In this document: piece by piece, positions 1-7,958 of the stretch
Layout of the letters: the number at the start of each line of letters is the position of its first letter
Position numbering within the stretch: position 1 is the stretch's first letter
NCBI GenBank assembly: GCA_964372345.1
Contig: CAYJQR010000003.1
Coordinates: 1-56,231 of the forward strand
Source: an uncultured Planctomycetia bacterium
GTDB taxonomy: Bacteria; Omnitrophota; Gorgyraeia; JACOVV01
Direction: 5' to 3'
Length of the DNA stretch: 56,231 nt
Program-made: the position numbers and the translations under genes
Notes under the pieces: model-generated
The model's database searches: none
The model's input: the letters and a program-made list of their open reading frames with translations, nothing else
Told to the model about the DNA's origin: nothing

Positions 1-436
1 TAGCGATTCTGATAACCAACAGCTATTGTTTGACTTATAATCGGACACTAGTGAGTTGATTTACCAGATCACTTATTTTTTCATGACGAGTGACAAATTG
101 TGGGTTAAAGTGACGATTCGACTTTAAGTGCGGGGCTAGATTCAGAACTGACAGACTCTGGAGGGAACTGATAGCAGGATTTGTCCACAACACTTGGTAC
201 CATGAAAAAACAAGAAGTCCCCAGATAACCGACTTCAGAATGGATCTAATGTAAGTAATTTTCGGCTTATGACGGAATGTTGAAAGCATGGCTAAGTAAT
301 GAACCGTACCTGTAACTTGAAGTAAGTGTACCATCTATCCCCCCCGATGTCAAGGGCGCGAGGTGAAAAATTTTTAAGTCGTTAATTCGTGGTATGTTAC
401 GGTTTGGAATCGCGATAAACTAAGCCCATTAGGTAA

Positions 437-562
437 AAGGGAGCCCAAGAGAAGAACCTCACCCTAGAGACTTTATTAAAAATCGCCCATTCTTTAGGAC
501 GAAGCGTTAAGATTTCTTTTCCGAAGTCAGCTAGCCGAGATTCTTACCCAAAGGTCGCATAA
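437..562 (+). pseudogene. C-terminal fragment of an XRE-family HTH (HigA-like antitoxin) gene with no start codon
   Basis: The frame opens right after an in-frame TAA at 434-436. It reads KGAQEKNLTLETLLKIAHSLGRSVKISFPKSASRDSYPKVA and stops at 560-562. The NLTLETLLKIAxxLG segment resembles the last helices of Cro/C1-type HTH domains. The N-terminal helices and any ATG/GTG are missing. Confidence 0.3.
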
Positions 563-601
563 GTAGTATTTGAGGTTGGACGAGTTTGGGGTTCTTGAAG
601 A

Positions 602-1036
602 TTACACATCAAATATCACCTCTGCTACCCAGCTTTTTTTCTCTTGTTTCAAGACGAGCCCGTGATACGTCACCGCTTTGACCTCTTTTTTAAGAATGTG
701 TTTTTTGGGATCCATCTTTTCGCCAAAGACCTCGGCATGGATCCGTAGGGGCGGGACTACATTAAGTCGTTTGATTTTGAACCCGAAAAAAACCATCCGC
801 CGCGTGCTGGATAAATAAATCAGTTCTCTCAACCATGCCACTAACAGTTCTTCCTGAGACGAGGCCGATATCTTTATTTGTAGGGGCAGACCCCTGTCCG
901 GTTTTACGCCCTCTTTCGGTTCTGCGATTAGATCAAAAAGCCCTTCAGCGGCGTGAACAAAAAGCCCTTTAAAATCTCTCCCGCGAATTCGTAACCCGAC
1001 GTCGGCGGTGTGGTCAAACGATTCGAAAGATTTCAT
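602..1036 (-). CDS. archease (RtcB RNA-ligase accessory protein family)
   Basis: 144 aa with the N-terminal FDHTADVG signature. Size is typical of archease. Confidence 0.8.
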   Translation of the reverse strand: MKSFESFDHTADVGLRIRGRDFKGLFVHAAEGLFDLIAEPKEGVKPDRGLPLQIKISASSQEELLVAWLRELIYLSSTRRMVFFGFKIKRLNVVPPLRIHAEVFGEKMDPKKHILKKEVKAVTYHGLVLKQEKKSWVAEVIFDV

Positions 1037-1083
1037 TGGCTTATCTTAACCCTTTCAAGAGGATCGGTCAATTTTGTCCTTTC

Positions 1084-1115
1084 TTGACAGAGGAGAGATA
1101 TGATATACTTATAAT
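1084..1115 (+). promoter_or_regulatory. candidate sigma70-type promoter for the FtsH-like gene
   Basis: TTGACA lies at 1084-1089. TGaTATACT at 1101-1109 gives a 14-nt spacer, and TATAAT at 1110-1115 gives a 20-nt spacer. Neither spacing is ideal. The site is in the divergent intergenic region about 100 nt upstream of the ATG at 1211. Confidence 0.35.
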
Positions 1116-1210
1116 ACTACAAGAATGAACGCCAGCTTATTTTAAGGGGGCGAAGCGGTCAGGTTGCCCCCCCTATTCATTTTGTCTCAATTAGTTAAGG
1201 AGAGTCCTCT

Positions 1211-2842
1211 ATGAAAGTTAAAAGGTACCGTCGTATACAGATGTTCTTGATGGATCAGTGGGTTAAAATTGTCATCGCCTTCCTCGTCGTTTTACTGATT
1301 GGCCTCTCCATTTGGGGCTTGATGTCTCTGGAGTCCTTCTACCGGGATCTGACGCTGGCGCAGCTTCCTGTGACTTTACTGATCGGCGTCATTCACGCGG
1401 TGATTTTCGTCTACCTCTATATGATTGTTTTTAGAGGGGGTTTTGCCAAGCTGGACAAGGTCAAGATTAAAGGATCGGGTGTGGATGTCAAATGGGATGA
1501 TGTCATCGGGATTGACGAAGCCAAACAGGAAGCGTGGGAAGTGGTGGAATTGATCCGGGACCGCAAGCGGGTGGCGAAGATCGGTGGGAAGATTATCCGC
1601 GGTATTTTGATGGAGGGGCCTCCCGGATGCGGAAAAACTTATTTAGCCAAAGCCATTGCCACTGAAGCGAATATACCTTTCTTATCCATGTCTGCCAGCG
1701 GATTTACGGAAATCTTCGTCGGAGTCGGCCCCAGCCGGGTCCGTAAGCTTTTCAAGCAGGCCCGTTCCCTTGCCTATGGTTACGGCGGTTCTATTATCTT
1801 TATTGACGAGTTGGACGCGATCGGACGACACCGTCTCTTCTCTTTTGGCGGCGGCGGCGAAGAGACCAACAGCACTTTGAACCAGCTTCTCGCCGAGATG
1901 GATGGAATGAAAGATAAAGATTACGACATCATCGTCATTGGCGCTACCAATGCTCCTGAAGAATCAATGGACCCGGCGCTCCTGCGCCCCGGCCGGTTTG
2001 ACCGTAAGATTTATATTGACCGCCCGAACCTGGATGGGCGCCAACAGTTGTTTAAACATTACTTGACCAAAGTTCAGCATGATCCCTCAATTGATATTGG
2101 GCGCCTTGCCCGAAAGACCGTGCAAAAGAGCCCCGCTGACATCGAGAATATCATTAAGGAAGCGGCTTTAATCGCTTCCCGGTTAGGGAAAGATATCGTC
2201 GGCTACAAAGAAATGACTGAAGCGATGGAACGGATCGAGTTAGGAATCAAACACCGCCGCCACATGACGGAACGGGAACGGCGGATGACCGCTTATCATG
2301 AGACAGGGCATTTGATCACACTCTACCTATTGCACCCGACCGATGACGTCTTTAAGGCCTCCATTGCTTCACGAAAAGATACCCTGGGAGTCGTCTATCA
2401 TTCGCCGCGAGAAGAATTGTTCAGCCACGACCGGGAACACCTTCTGGCGGATATCAAGGTTTCGATCGCCGGTTATGTCGCCGAGAAACTTAAGTTTGGC
2501 GTGACCACCACCGGGGTCTCCAGTGATTTCCGGCAAGCGATGACGCAGGCGCACAGCATGGTCTGGAAACTGGGAATGGGGAAAAACGGTTACCTCGGCG
2601 ATTACACCGCGATTCCTGAGAACCAGCTTTCCGAAGAGCTGAAGAATCAATTGAACGCGGAAACCAATCAGATTATGAAAGAATGCGTCCAGGAAGTCGA
2701 ACAGCTTCTGAAACAGGAAGATCAGCTCCTGGACCGGTTTGCCAACGAGCTTTTGGCGAAAGAAGAGTTGGAATATGATGAGATTGATTCGATTTTTAAA
2801 GAGTATGGCAAAACCAGCGGCCGCAAGATCTCATTTTCTTAG
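1211..2842 (+). CDS. FtsH-family AAA+ ATP-dependent zinc metalloprotease, short form without a large periplasmic domain
   Basis: 543 aa. Two closely spaced N-terminal TM helices. Walker A GPPGCGKTY, Walker B IIFIDELDA, and the M41 zinc motif HETGH. An AAGGAG-like SD (aaggagag) lies upstream of the ATG. Confidence 0.85.
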   Translation: MKVKRYRRIQMFLMDQWVKIVIAFLVVLLIGLSIWGLMSLESFYRDLTLAQLPVTLLIGVIHAVIFVYLYMIVFRGGFAKLDKVKIKGSGVDVKWDDVIGIDEAKQEAWEVVELIRDRKRVAKIGGKIIRGILMEGPPGCGKTYLAKAIATEANIPFLSMSASGFTEIFVGVGPSRVRKLFKQARSLAYGYGGSIIFIDELDAIGRHRLFSFGGGGEETNSTLNQLLAEMDGMKDKDYDIIVIGATNAPEESMDPALLRPGRFDRKIYIDRPNLDGRQQLFKHYLTKVQHDPSIDIGRLARKTVQKSPADIENIIKEAALIASRLGKDIVGYKEMTEAMERIELGIKHRRHMTERERRMTAYHETGHLITLYLLHPTDDVFKASIASRKDTLGVVYHSPREELFSHDREHLLADIKVSIAGYVAEKLKFGVTTTGVSSDFRQAMTQAHSMVWKLGMGKNGYLGDYTAIPENQLSEELKNQLNAETNQIMKECVQEVEQLLKQEDQLLDRFANELLAKEELEYDEIDSIFKEYGKTSGRKISFS

Positions 2843-4154
2843 TCTTTTTCTTGCTTCCAGCTTCCAGCTTCTAGCTTTTAGCTTTATCTCCGGCTGCGGC
2901 GGCCCCTCTTATACTTCTTACGAAGCATCGGATACAATCGTCCGCCTTCTCAAAAAAGAATACAAAATTGACGCGAAGGCGAAACTGGAAGGGGCTACCT
3001 TGGGAGTCTGCTACACGGTGGACAACTTAATTGATTCCCAGCTCAACCTTCTCTCTTCCCGGCTGGATGAAATGCAGCACGTTGTCTTGACACTGCAGCG
3101 CGTCGGATTGAGCTCCTCAAAAGACGAAATCCAGTTTTATTCCGTTATTGCCCAAGATACGGTTACCGCGGCGGAACTGGAATTGACGGGGTATTTTCTC
3201 GATATCAAACGGGTGCGGCTGTTGGATATTTCCAGAAACGAATATTTTAAGAGGGTCATCCGCGACCTGCATTTTAACCCGGAAATCCTGGGTGAAAACA
3301 CCTGCCGCCAAATGTTTAACGATCTGACGACCCAAAAATCAGAGGTGGCGTTGGGAAAATACTACGCTAAGCAGAGTTCGACCGAGGAAATGGCGGGTTT
3401 GTTTTTCCCCACGAGCTTAATAGCGCTTTCAAACAGCGCCGAGTACCAGATCCAACAGATAGAGACCAAGCGGGTCGGCGAAACCAAAGCGCTGGTCCTG
3501 TGCAAGACGAAAGAACGCTACGCCCCGCGGCAGGACTCGCAGTTTCAGCCGCTCCTTTCTTTCTTTCCGCAGGGATTCCAGAACGAGTATCTTTTAGTGA
3601 TTGATACGGCCCTTTATCCCCGTCCGGTCGAGAGGATCATTTCCCGTTACACCGTCAGCTCCGAAGGCAGGATCGTAGAACATCCCCTCCGGCAGATCTT
3701 CAATGAGTACCTCAATTTGATTCCCAAAAACGACCGTGTCTTCATCGAAAGTTACACCCTCCCTGCTTTTCTGGCGGAGCTGATCGAACGGCGGATCAAG
3801 GAAGATGTGCAGAAAGATCAGGAACTTTCGAAAAAAATCAACCTTCTTTCGGTGCAGGGAACATTCGACGGAGATAAGAAAAAATTTACCTTCTCGCTGG
3901 TGGCGGCCCCAAGTGATTCTTCCGCGGACAAGCCCCCTTCCGAAACGGAGTTATTTGAGCATTCTCTAAAGACGACCGCGGATATTTTGAAAGGATACTG
4001 GTTTAAGGATTATGACACGGTTAACTTTGTTGATGTGCTGAGCGGTTCGAGTTTATCCATTCCGCGGGATGGCGTGGATCAATTCCGTTTGAAGAAAATC
4101 GGCATTCACGAACTAATGCATCAGTTGTCTTACCTGACCCCCTTCAATCCGTAA
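2805..4154 (+). CDS. lipoprotein of unknown function
   Basis: Signal peptide with a lipobox (FISGC|GG) when translation starts at the internal ATG at 2805. That start overlaps the FtsH-like stop by 38 nt. I do not recognise any family. Confidence 0.55.
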   Translation: MAKPAAARSHFLSLFLASSFQLLAFSFISGCGGPSYTSYEASDTIVRLLKKEYKIDAKAKLEGATLGVCYTVDNLIDSQLNLLSSRLDEMQHVVLTLQRVGLSSSKDEIQFYSVIAQDTVTAAELELTGYFLDIKRVRLLDISRNEYFKRVIRDLHFNPEILGENTCRQMFNDLTTQKSEVALGKYYAKQSSTEEMAGLFFPTSLIALSNSAEYQIQQIETKRVGETKALVLCKTKERYAPRQDSQFQPLLSFFPQGFQNEYLLVIDTALYPRPVERIISRYTVSSEGRIVEHPLRQIFNEYLNLIPKNDRVFIESYTLPAFLAELIERRIKEDVQKDQELSKKINLLSVQGTFDGDKKKFTFSLVAAPSDSSADKPPSETELFEHSLKTTADILKGYWFKDYDTVNFVDVLSGSSLSIPRDGVDQFRLKKIGIHELMHQLSYLTPFNP

Positions 4155-4745
4155 TTTCCCCTCAACAGCCATCTGGATGGCCTTAGGATAAAGCCGGTGT
4201 TCGACCTCTTGGATTCTCTTTTCTAAATTTTCCAGGGATTCACCAGCGATGATTTTCACTTCTTCCTGAAGGATGACCGGGCCGGTATCCACTCCTTCAT
4301 CCACGAAGTGAACCGTGACGCCTGTCACAGGGACATTTGCTTCCCATGCTCTTTTAACAGCATGGACACCAGGGAAAGAAGGAAGAAGCGCGGGGTGAAT
4401 ATTGAGGATCCTGTTCCGGTAAGCGGCGACTAATCGCGGCCCCAAAAGGCGCATGAATCCGGCCAGAACGACCCAATCGGCTTGATACCTTCTCAGCTCG
4501 GAGAGGATTGCTTGATCCATTGCAGAGCGGGTAGAATGTTTTTGTGGATCCAGCAGGACGCGGGGAATTTTATTCTGCCTGGCCCGCGTTAAGCAGTGGG
4601 CTTGGGGATTATCGCTGATGACGCAGACAATCTCCACCGCCAATTGTCCCGCTCCGGCGGCGTCAATGATCGCCTGTAAATTACTGCCGAAGCCGGAACA
4701 GAGAACCGCTAAACGGGCCCGCGGCGGCATTTTCAATGAGGACAT
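4113..4745 (-). CDS. purN: phosphoribosylglycinamide formyltransferase
   Basis: 210 aa with LAVLCSGFGSNLQAI, NIHPALLPSFPG and HFVDEGVDTGPVI motifs. Confidence 0.85.
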   Translation of the reverse strand: MSSLKMPPRARLAVLCSGFGSNLQAIIDAAGAGQLAVEIVCVISDNPQAHCLTRARQNKIPRVLLDPQKHSTRSAMDQAILSELRRYQADWVVLAGFMRLLGPRLVAAYRNRILNIHPALLPSFPGVHAVKRAWEANVPVTGVTVHFVDEGVDTGPVILQEEVKIIAGESLENLEKRIQEVEHRLYPKAIQMAVEGKLRIEGGQVRQLMH

Positions 4746-4794
4746 GAGTTATGGAATCCTCTGATTTCGCTCAAGGTGACATGACTCATTGTCC

Positions 4795-4854
4795 GAATTG
4801 AACCCTTGACATTTGCCCCGAGTTGAGCATAAGCAAATGTCAAGGGTCAAATTC
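4795..4854. repeat. long imperfect palindrome between trxA and purN
   Basis: acccttgacatttgc (4802-4816) pairs perfectly with gcaaatgtcaagggt (4833-4847), giving a 15-bp stem and a 16-nt loop. Partial extensions reach gaattg...caaattc. Confidence 0.7.
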
Positions 4855-4860
4855 AGCCAG

Positions 4861-4889
4861 CAACTTACGTTGTTTCGTTCCGTAAGTTG
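4861..4889 (-). terminator. hairpin just downstream of the trxA stop, possible terminator
   Basis: caacttacg (4861-4869) pairs with cgtaagttg (4881-4889), a 9-bp stem with an 11-nt loop. It starts 6 nt after the trxA stop. No clear U-tract follows on the minus strand. Confidence 0.4.
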
Positions 4890-4894
4890 CGGCC

Positions 4895-5224
4895 TCATTT
4901 GAGGAGAGCTTCGACTCTCCGTTTAACATCCGACTTGGGAACCACGCCGATGGAACGGTCGGCTTCCTTCCCTCCATTAAAGAATACCAGGGTAGGGATG
5001 CTCATCACATTGTAACGGGTCGCGGTTTTCGGGTTATCGTCCACGTTTACCTTCCCCACCTTGACCCTGCTGGAGAACTCCCTGCCGACCTCTTCCACGA
5101 CCGGGCTCAGCATTCTGCAGGGGCCGCACCACTCCGCCCAGAAATCCAGCATGACGGGGACAGACGATTGCAAAACCTCTTTTTCAAAATTGTCATCGGT
5201 GATTTCGATAACAGCGTCGGACAT
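4895..5224 (-). CDS. trxA: thioredoxin
   Basis: WCGPC active site. I chose the start at the internal ATG (MSDAVIEI...) because AAGGAG lies 8 nt upstream and it gives a canonical 109-aa protein. The track ORF extends to 5254. Confidence 0.9.
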   Translation of the reverse strand: MSDAVIEITDDNFEKEVLQSSVPVMLDFWAEWCGPCRMLSPVVEEVGREFSSRVKVGKVNVDDNPKTATRYNVMSIPTLVFFNGGKEADRSIGVVPKSDVKRRVEALLK

Positions 5225-5430
5225 GTTAGAAACTCCTTTATGTTCACGTTTCACAAACGACGACTGGTCTTCTTCGCTCTACAACAACTAAAACGATGGT
5301 AGAGCTTCGTTCTTCTTCGTCCTCCGCCAAGAAAAATTCCAGTGGGACTTCGAAGGAATATTTCTACTTCATACCTGGCGTAGCAGAACAACGTTCCTGC
5401 GAAGCCCCACCGGAATCTTAGTTGGCGAAG

Positions 5431-5451
5431 GGCGAAGCAGAAAGCCGACGA
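5431..5451. repeat. 21-nt perfect direct copy of the tRNA-Thr 3-prime end (att-like)
   Basis: aaagccgacgaagggatttga at 5431-5451 is identical to 5593-5613. The second copy covers the discriminator, the 3-prime acceptor arm and half of the T-arm of the tRNA gene. Confidence 0.85.
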
Positions 5452-5594
5452 AGGGATTTGACCGCCTCCGTCCTCACTTCGTTCGGACTCCGGTCGGGCA
5501 TCCGCCATGTGCGTTGTGTCGCAATGTGCCACCGGCACATCGCCTTGATCAAAGGGGCACATGGCTCCCCGTTCAAATCCCTTTGCCAGTTTAA

Positions 5595-5666
5595 AGCCGA
5601 CGAAGGGATTTGAACCCCCGACCCGCGCTTTACGAAAGCGCTGCTCTACCCCTGAGCTACGTCGGC
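5595..5666 (-). tRNA. tRNA-Thr (anticodon CGU)
   Basis: Hand-folded 72-nt cloverleaf: acceptor GCCGACG/CGTCGGC, D arm GCTC-AGGGGTA-GAGC, anticodon arm GCGCT-TTCGTAA-AGCGC, T loop TTCAAAT. CCA is not encoded. Confidence 0.85.
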
Positions 5667-5752
5667 AATTCCACTGCATTTACAGCTTAACTTCAGGTAA
5701 ATCTGAATCTTACGATATCTCACTATTTTTGCTTGCTTTTGTCTACGTTGGC

Positions 5753-6013
5753 CTATTTCAGCCTGAAATGGTCCCAATTTGGTCCCATCTCTGGTCTGTG
5801 ATCATATAATACCAAACTCAACCGTTTAACTGAAGCGGCTTTTTGTGGATGGCTTTGACGGAATGTTTTAGAGACCCCTCGTGCCGCTTCGCCAAGGACT
5901 TCCAGCAATCGAATCACCGCCAGTTCAAACATTTCATCGGTGTCCAAATCTGTCCGTCCGCGCCCTTGGACAAACTCCAGAGCTTTCCTAGCCGCATCAA
6001 GCATGTGACGCAA
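5753..6013 (-). pseudogene. hepT: HepT (DUF86) toxin gene, C-terminally truncated or replaced
   Basis: The first ~57 aa (MRHMLDAARKALEFV...VIRLLEVLGEAARGVSKTFRQSHPQ) fit the DUF86 N-terminal helices. The expected IPW...RNxxxHxY catalytic segment is absent in all three frames and unrelated sequence takes its place. Confidence 0.6.
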
Positions 6014-6025
6014 ACGACTCCATCG

Positions 6026-6331
6026 TCATGCTTGGACATACTGAACCTTTGCCTCCGCTAAAACTTCATTCCGGAAGTAGCGGCTTAAGAAATTCGGCGT
6101 GTGCAAGTCTACTTTTCGCCCAAGGATCTTAGAAAGTTCCGTTTGCAAGGAAAAGAACGCCATCCCCGGTACATGGCCCGGTTCAAATTCAACCAGCACA
6201 TCCACATCGCTGTCAGGACGAAAATCCTGACGCAAGACCGATCCAAATAAGGATAATTTACGGATGTGGTTATGCCGGCAAAACTCTTCTACTTTCTCAT
6301 AAGGCATATGAATAGGTATATTTTCCCTCAT
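6026..6331 (-). CDS. mntA: MntA-type nucleotidyltransferase antitoxin
   Basis: 101 aa with the minimal NTase motif LFGSVLRQDFRPDSDVDVLV (GS...DxD). It sits immediately upstream of the DUF86 remnant, which is the canonical MNT-HepT order. Confidence 0.8.
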   Translation of the reverse strand: MRENIPIHMPYEKVEEFCRHNHIRKLSLFGSVLRQDFRPDSDVDVLVEFEPGHVPGMAFFSLQTELSKILGRKVDLHTPNFLSRYFRNEVLAEAKVQYVQA

Positions 6332-6426
6332 GCCTTAAATTATACCATACGGGTCAAAAGTTAAGTTTATTCACCGCGTCCTTGAGGTGTTCCGGCGAGA
6401 GGTGAGCGTAGATCATGGTGGTCTTA

Positions 6427-7096
6427 TTGATCTTTAACTAATAATGGATACGCACACACTACGTCCAAGGCAATTCAGAATGATCAATACAGGACTGCAG
6501 CAATCTCTGGGAACCGTGCACCCGTCCCAGGGAACGACGCAGGTGGTGCCCCAACCGCTCGCGAGTTTCATGGATGCTGTTGGACAAATCTCGTTTTCCA
6601 TGAGTCCACACTTGTTCCACCGGGTTCAGTTCAGGTGCATAGCCCGGGAATCGATAAACATGCAGACGCGGTTGCTCGGCCAAAAACGCCTTGACATCCC
6701 GGCTCCTGTGGATTTTGCCGCCATCCCAGATCACGAATACATGACCCCGCAAATGATGCAACAACTGACGCAGGAAAGAAATAACCTCAAGGCCAGTGAC
6801 ATTGTCAGTATGGAACCGCGTGTAAAGTCCCAGCCTCCGGCCTCCGGGCGAAACGGTCAGGATGCCGATGACCGATATTTTGTCCCGCCGGTAGCTGTGT
6901 CGCAGGATCGGGGTCTCGCCAACGGGAGCCCAAGTCGTTCGGACTTTTTTTATATGTGGCCAGACCCGCTCCTTCCACCGCCGGATTTCATCCTCGTCTC
7001 GCTGCAACGCCCGCTTCTCAGGCTTCTGGCAGCTCCAATTCAACCCCTTGTGCAACAACTTCCATATGCCCACGGATGTGTAATGTTAAAGATCAA
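6427..7096. mobile_element. IS630/Tc1-mariner family element, internally deleted (MITE-like, 670 bp)
   Basis: Perfect 12-bp terminal inverted repeats: TTGATCTTTAAC at 6427-6438 and GTTAAAGATCAA at 7085-7096. TA dinucleotides flank it at 6425-6426 and 7097-7098. Inside is a degraded IS630-type transposase reading frame. Confidence 0.75.
6459..7073 (-). pseudogene. IS630-family DDE transposase remnant
   Basis: 204 aa carrying WDGGKIHRS and YAPELNPVEQVW motifs. The N-terminal HTH domain is missing. So is the DESGF segment with the first catalytic Asp, since IKK is joined directly to VRTTWAPVGETP. Confidence 0.8.
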
Positions 7097-7148
7097 TAAC
7101 GCAAGTGTCAAAGTCGGGAAGCGGTTGAATAAATCAGGTGGTGGGATG

Positions 7149-7958
7149 TCAATCATTCCCCAAACGACTCAGCCGTCCCGACTGGCGGGCCTTGACCAGC
7201 ATCCCACGCAATGAAAAACCGGCCAGACAGAGGTAAACAAAGTTCAACCCAAAAGCGCTCCAGCATAACGCGGGGTCCAAAGTCCCGTTTTGAATGACCT
7301 CTCTCATTCCTTCAAAGACATAGGTGCTCGGTAACATCCTTGAAACCGGCTGCAGCCATGCGGGGAGCACCGACATTGGGTAAAAAACGGCTGAAAAGGG
7401 CTGAATTAGAAACGGGATTCCCCAAATTAACGCCTCTGCCGTGTGCCCCCAGAAGAGAAGAAGCCCGGTGGTGAAAATTCCGAGCGCCCAGCCGAACAAA
7501 AGGAGATTCGCTATCAGCGGCAGCAAACTAAACCCGAGCGAACCGATCGAGTAATGGTAGAATTGCCACGCTAGAACCGCCAGGACCGCGATAATCACCG
7601 TAATCTTGACAATGCCATAGCAAATCATGGCGGTCATCCATTCCCAGAAACGGAGCGGGGAAATCAAAAGGTTCAGGGTGTTCCTCGCCCACTGGTCTTC
7701 CATAAAAGGAATTGAGATCGTCTGCTGAGCCCGATAGAGGATGTCCCAGAAAATCATCGCCCCTATCAAGAACACCACGATTCCTCCCGCCGCGGAAGAA
7801 GTGATCTTCTGGAGATAAAGCGTGACAAACCCCCACACCAAGAGATCCATGACCGGCCAGAAGATGATTTCCAAGTTTCGCGGCAGGCTTCGCTGGTGAA
7901 GATAGAGATAGCGGAGAAACATGGCGTAGATTCGGTTCAGGGCAGGTGGCGGGGTCAT
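7149..7958 (-). CDS. ABC-2 type transporter permease
   Basis: 269 aa, six predicted TM helices. Its start overlaps the stop of the upstream ATPase gene by 4 nt. Confidence 0.7.
   Translation of the reverse strand: MTPPPALNRIYAMFLRYLYLHQRSLPRNLEIIFWPVMDLLVWGFVTLYLQKITSSAAGGIVVFLIGAMIFWDILYRAQQTISIPFMEDQWARNTLNLLISPLRFWEWMTAMICYGIVKITVIIAVLAVLAWQFYHYSIGSLGFSLLPLIANLLLFGWALGIFTTGLLLFWGHTAEALIWGIPFLIQPFSAVFYPMSVLPAWLQPVSRMLPSTYVFEGMREVIQNGTLDPALCWSAFGLNFVYLCLAGFSLRGMLVKARQSGRLSRLGND

Noticed and set aside
35-334. 99-aa minus-strand ORF at the window edge
   Set aside because: No recognisable family. It lies in an AT-rich region that looks degraded. A G-rich stretch and a TTGACA lie upstream, so it cannot be excluded, but the support is too weak to call it a gene.
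5290-5590. Possible tmRNA, SRP RNA or second tRNA between trxA and tRNA-Thr
   Set aside because: I looked for a T-arm plus acceptor end with CCA and for a GGGG-type tmRNA 5-prime end. The tggtagagc and gttcaaatcc strings do not form complementary T or acceptor stems on either strand. The apparent similarity comes from the duplicated tRNA 3-prime segment and palindromic repeat fragments.
5251-5679. 142-aa minus-strand ORF spanning the trxA-tRNA intergenic region
   Set aside because: It reads straight through the tRNA-Thr gene; the GVEQRFRKARVGGSNP stretch is simply the tRNA translated. It also covers the repeat-rich spacer, has no SD, and has an implausible composition rich in Arg, Gly and Cys.
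6444-7214. 256-aa plus-strand ORF
   Set aside because: It is the antisense shadow of the IS630 transposase remnant. It also runs across the element's right inverted repeat into the ABC permease gene. The minus-strand frame carries the recognisable transposase motifs.
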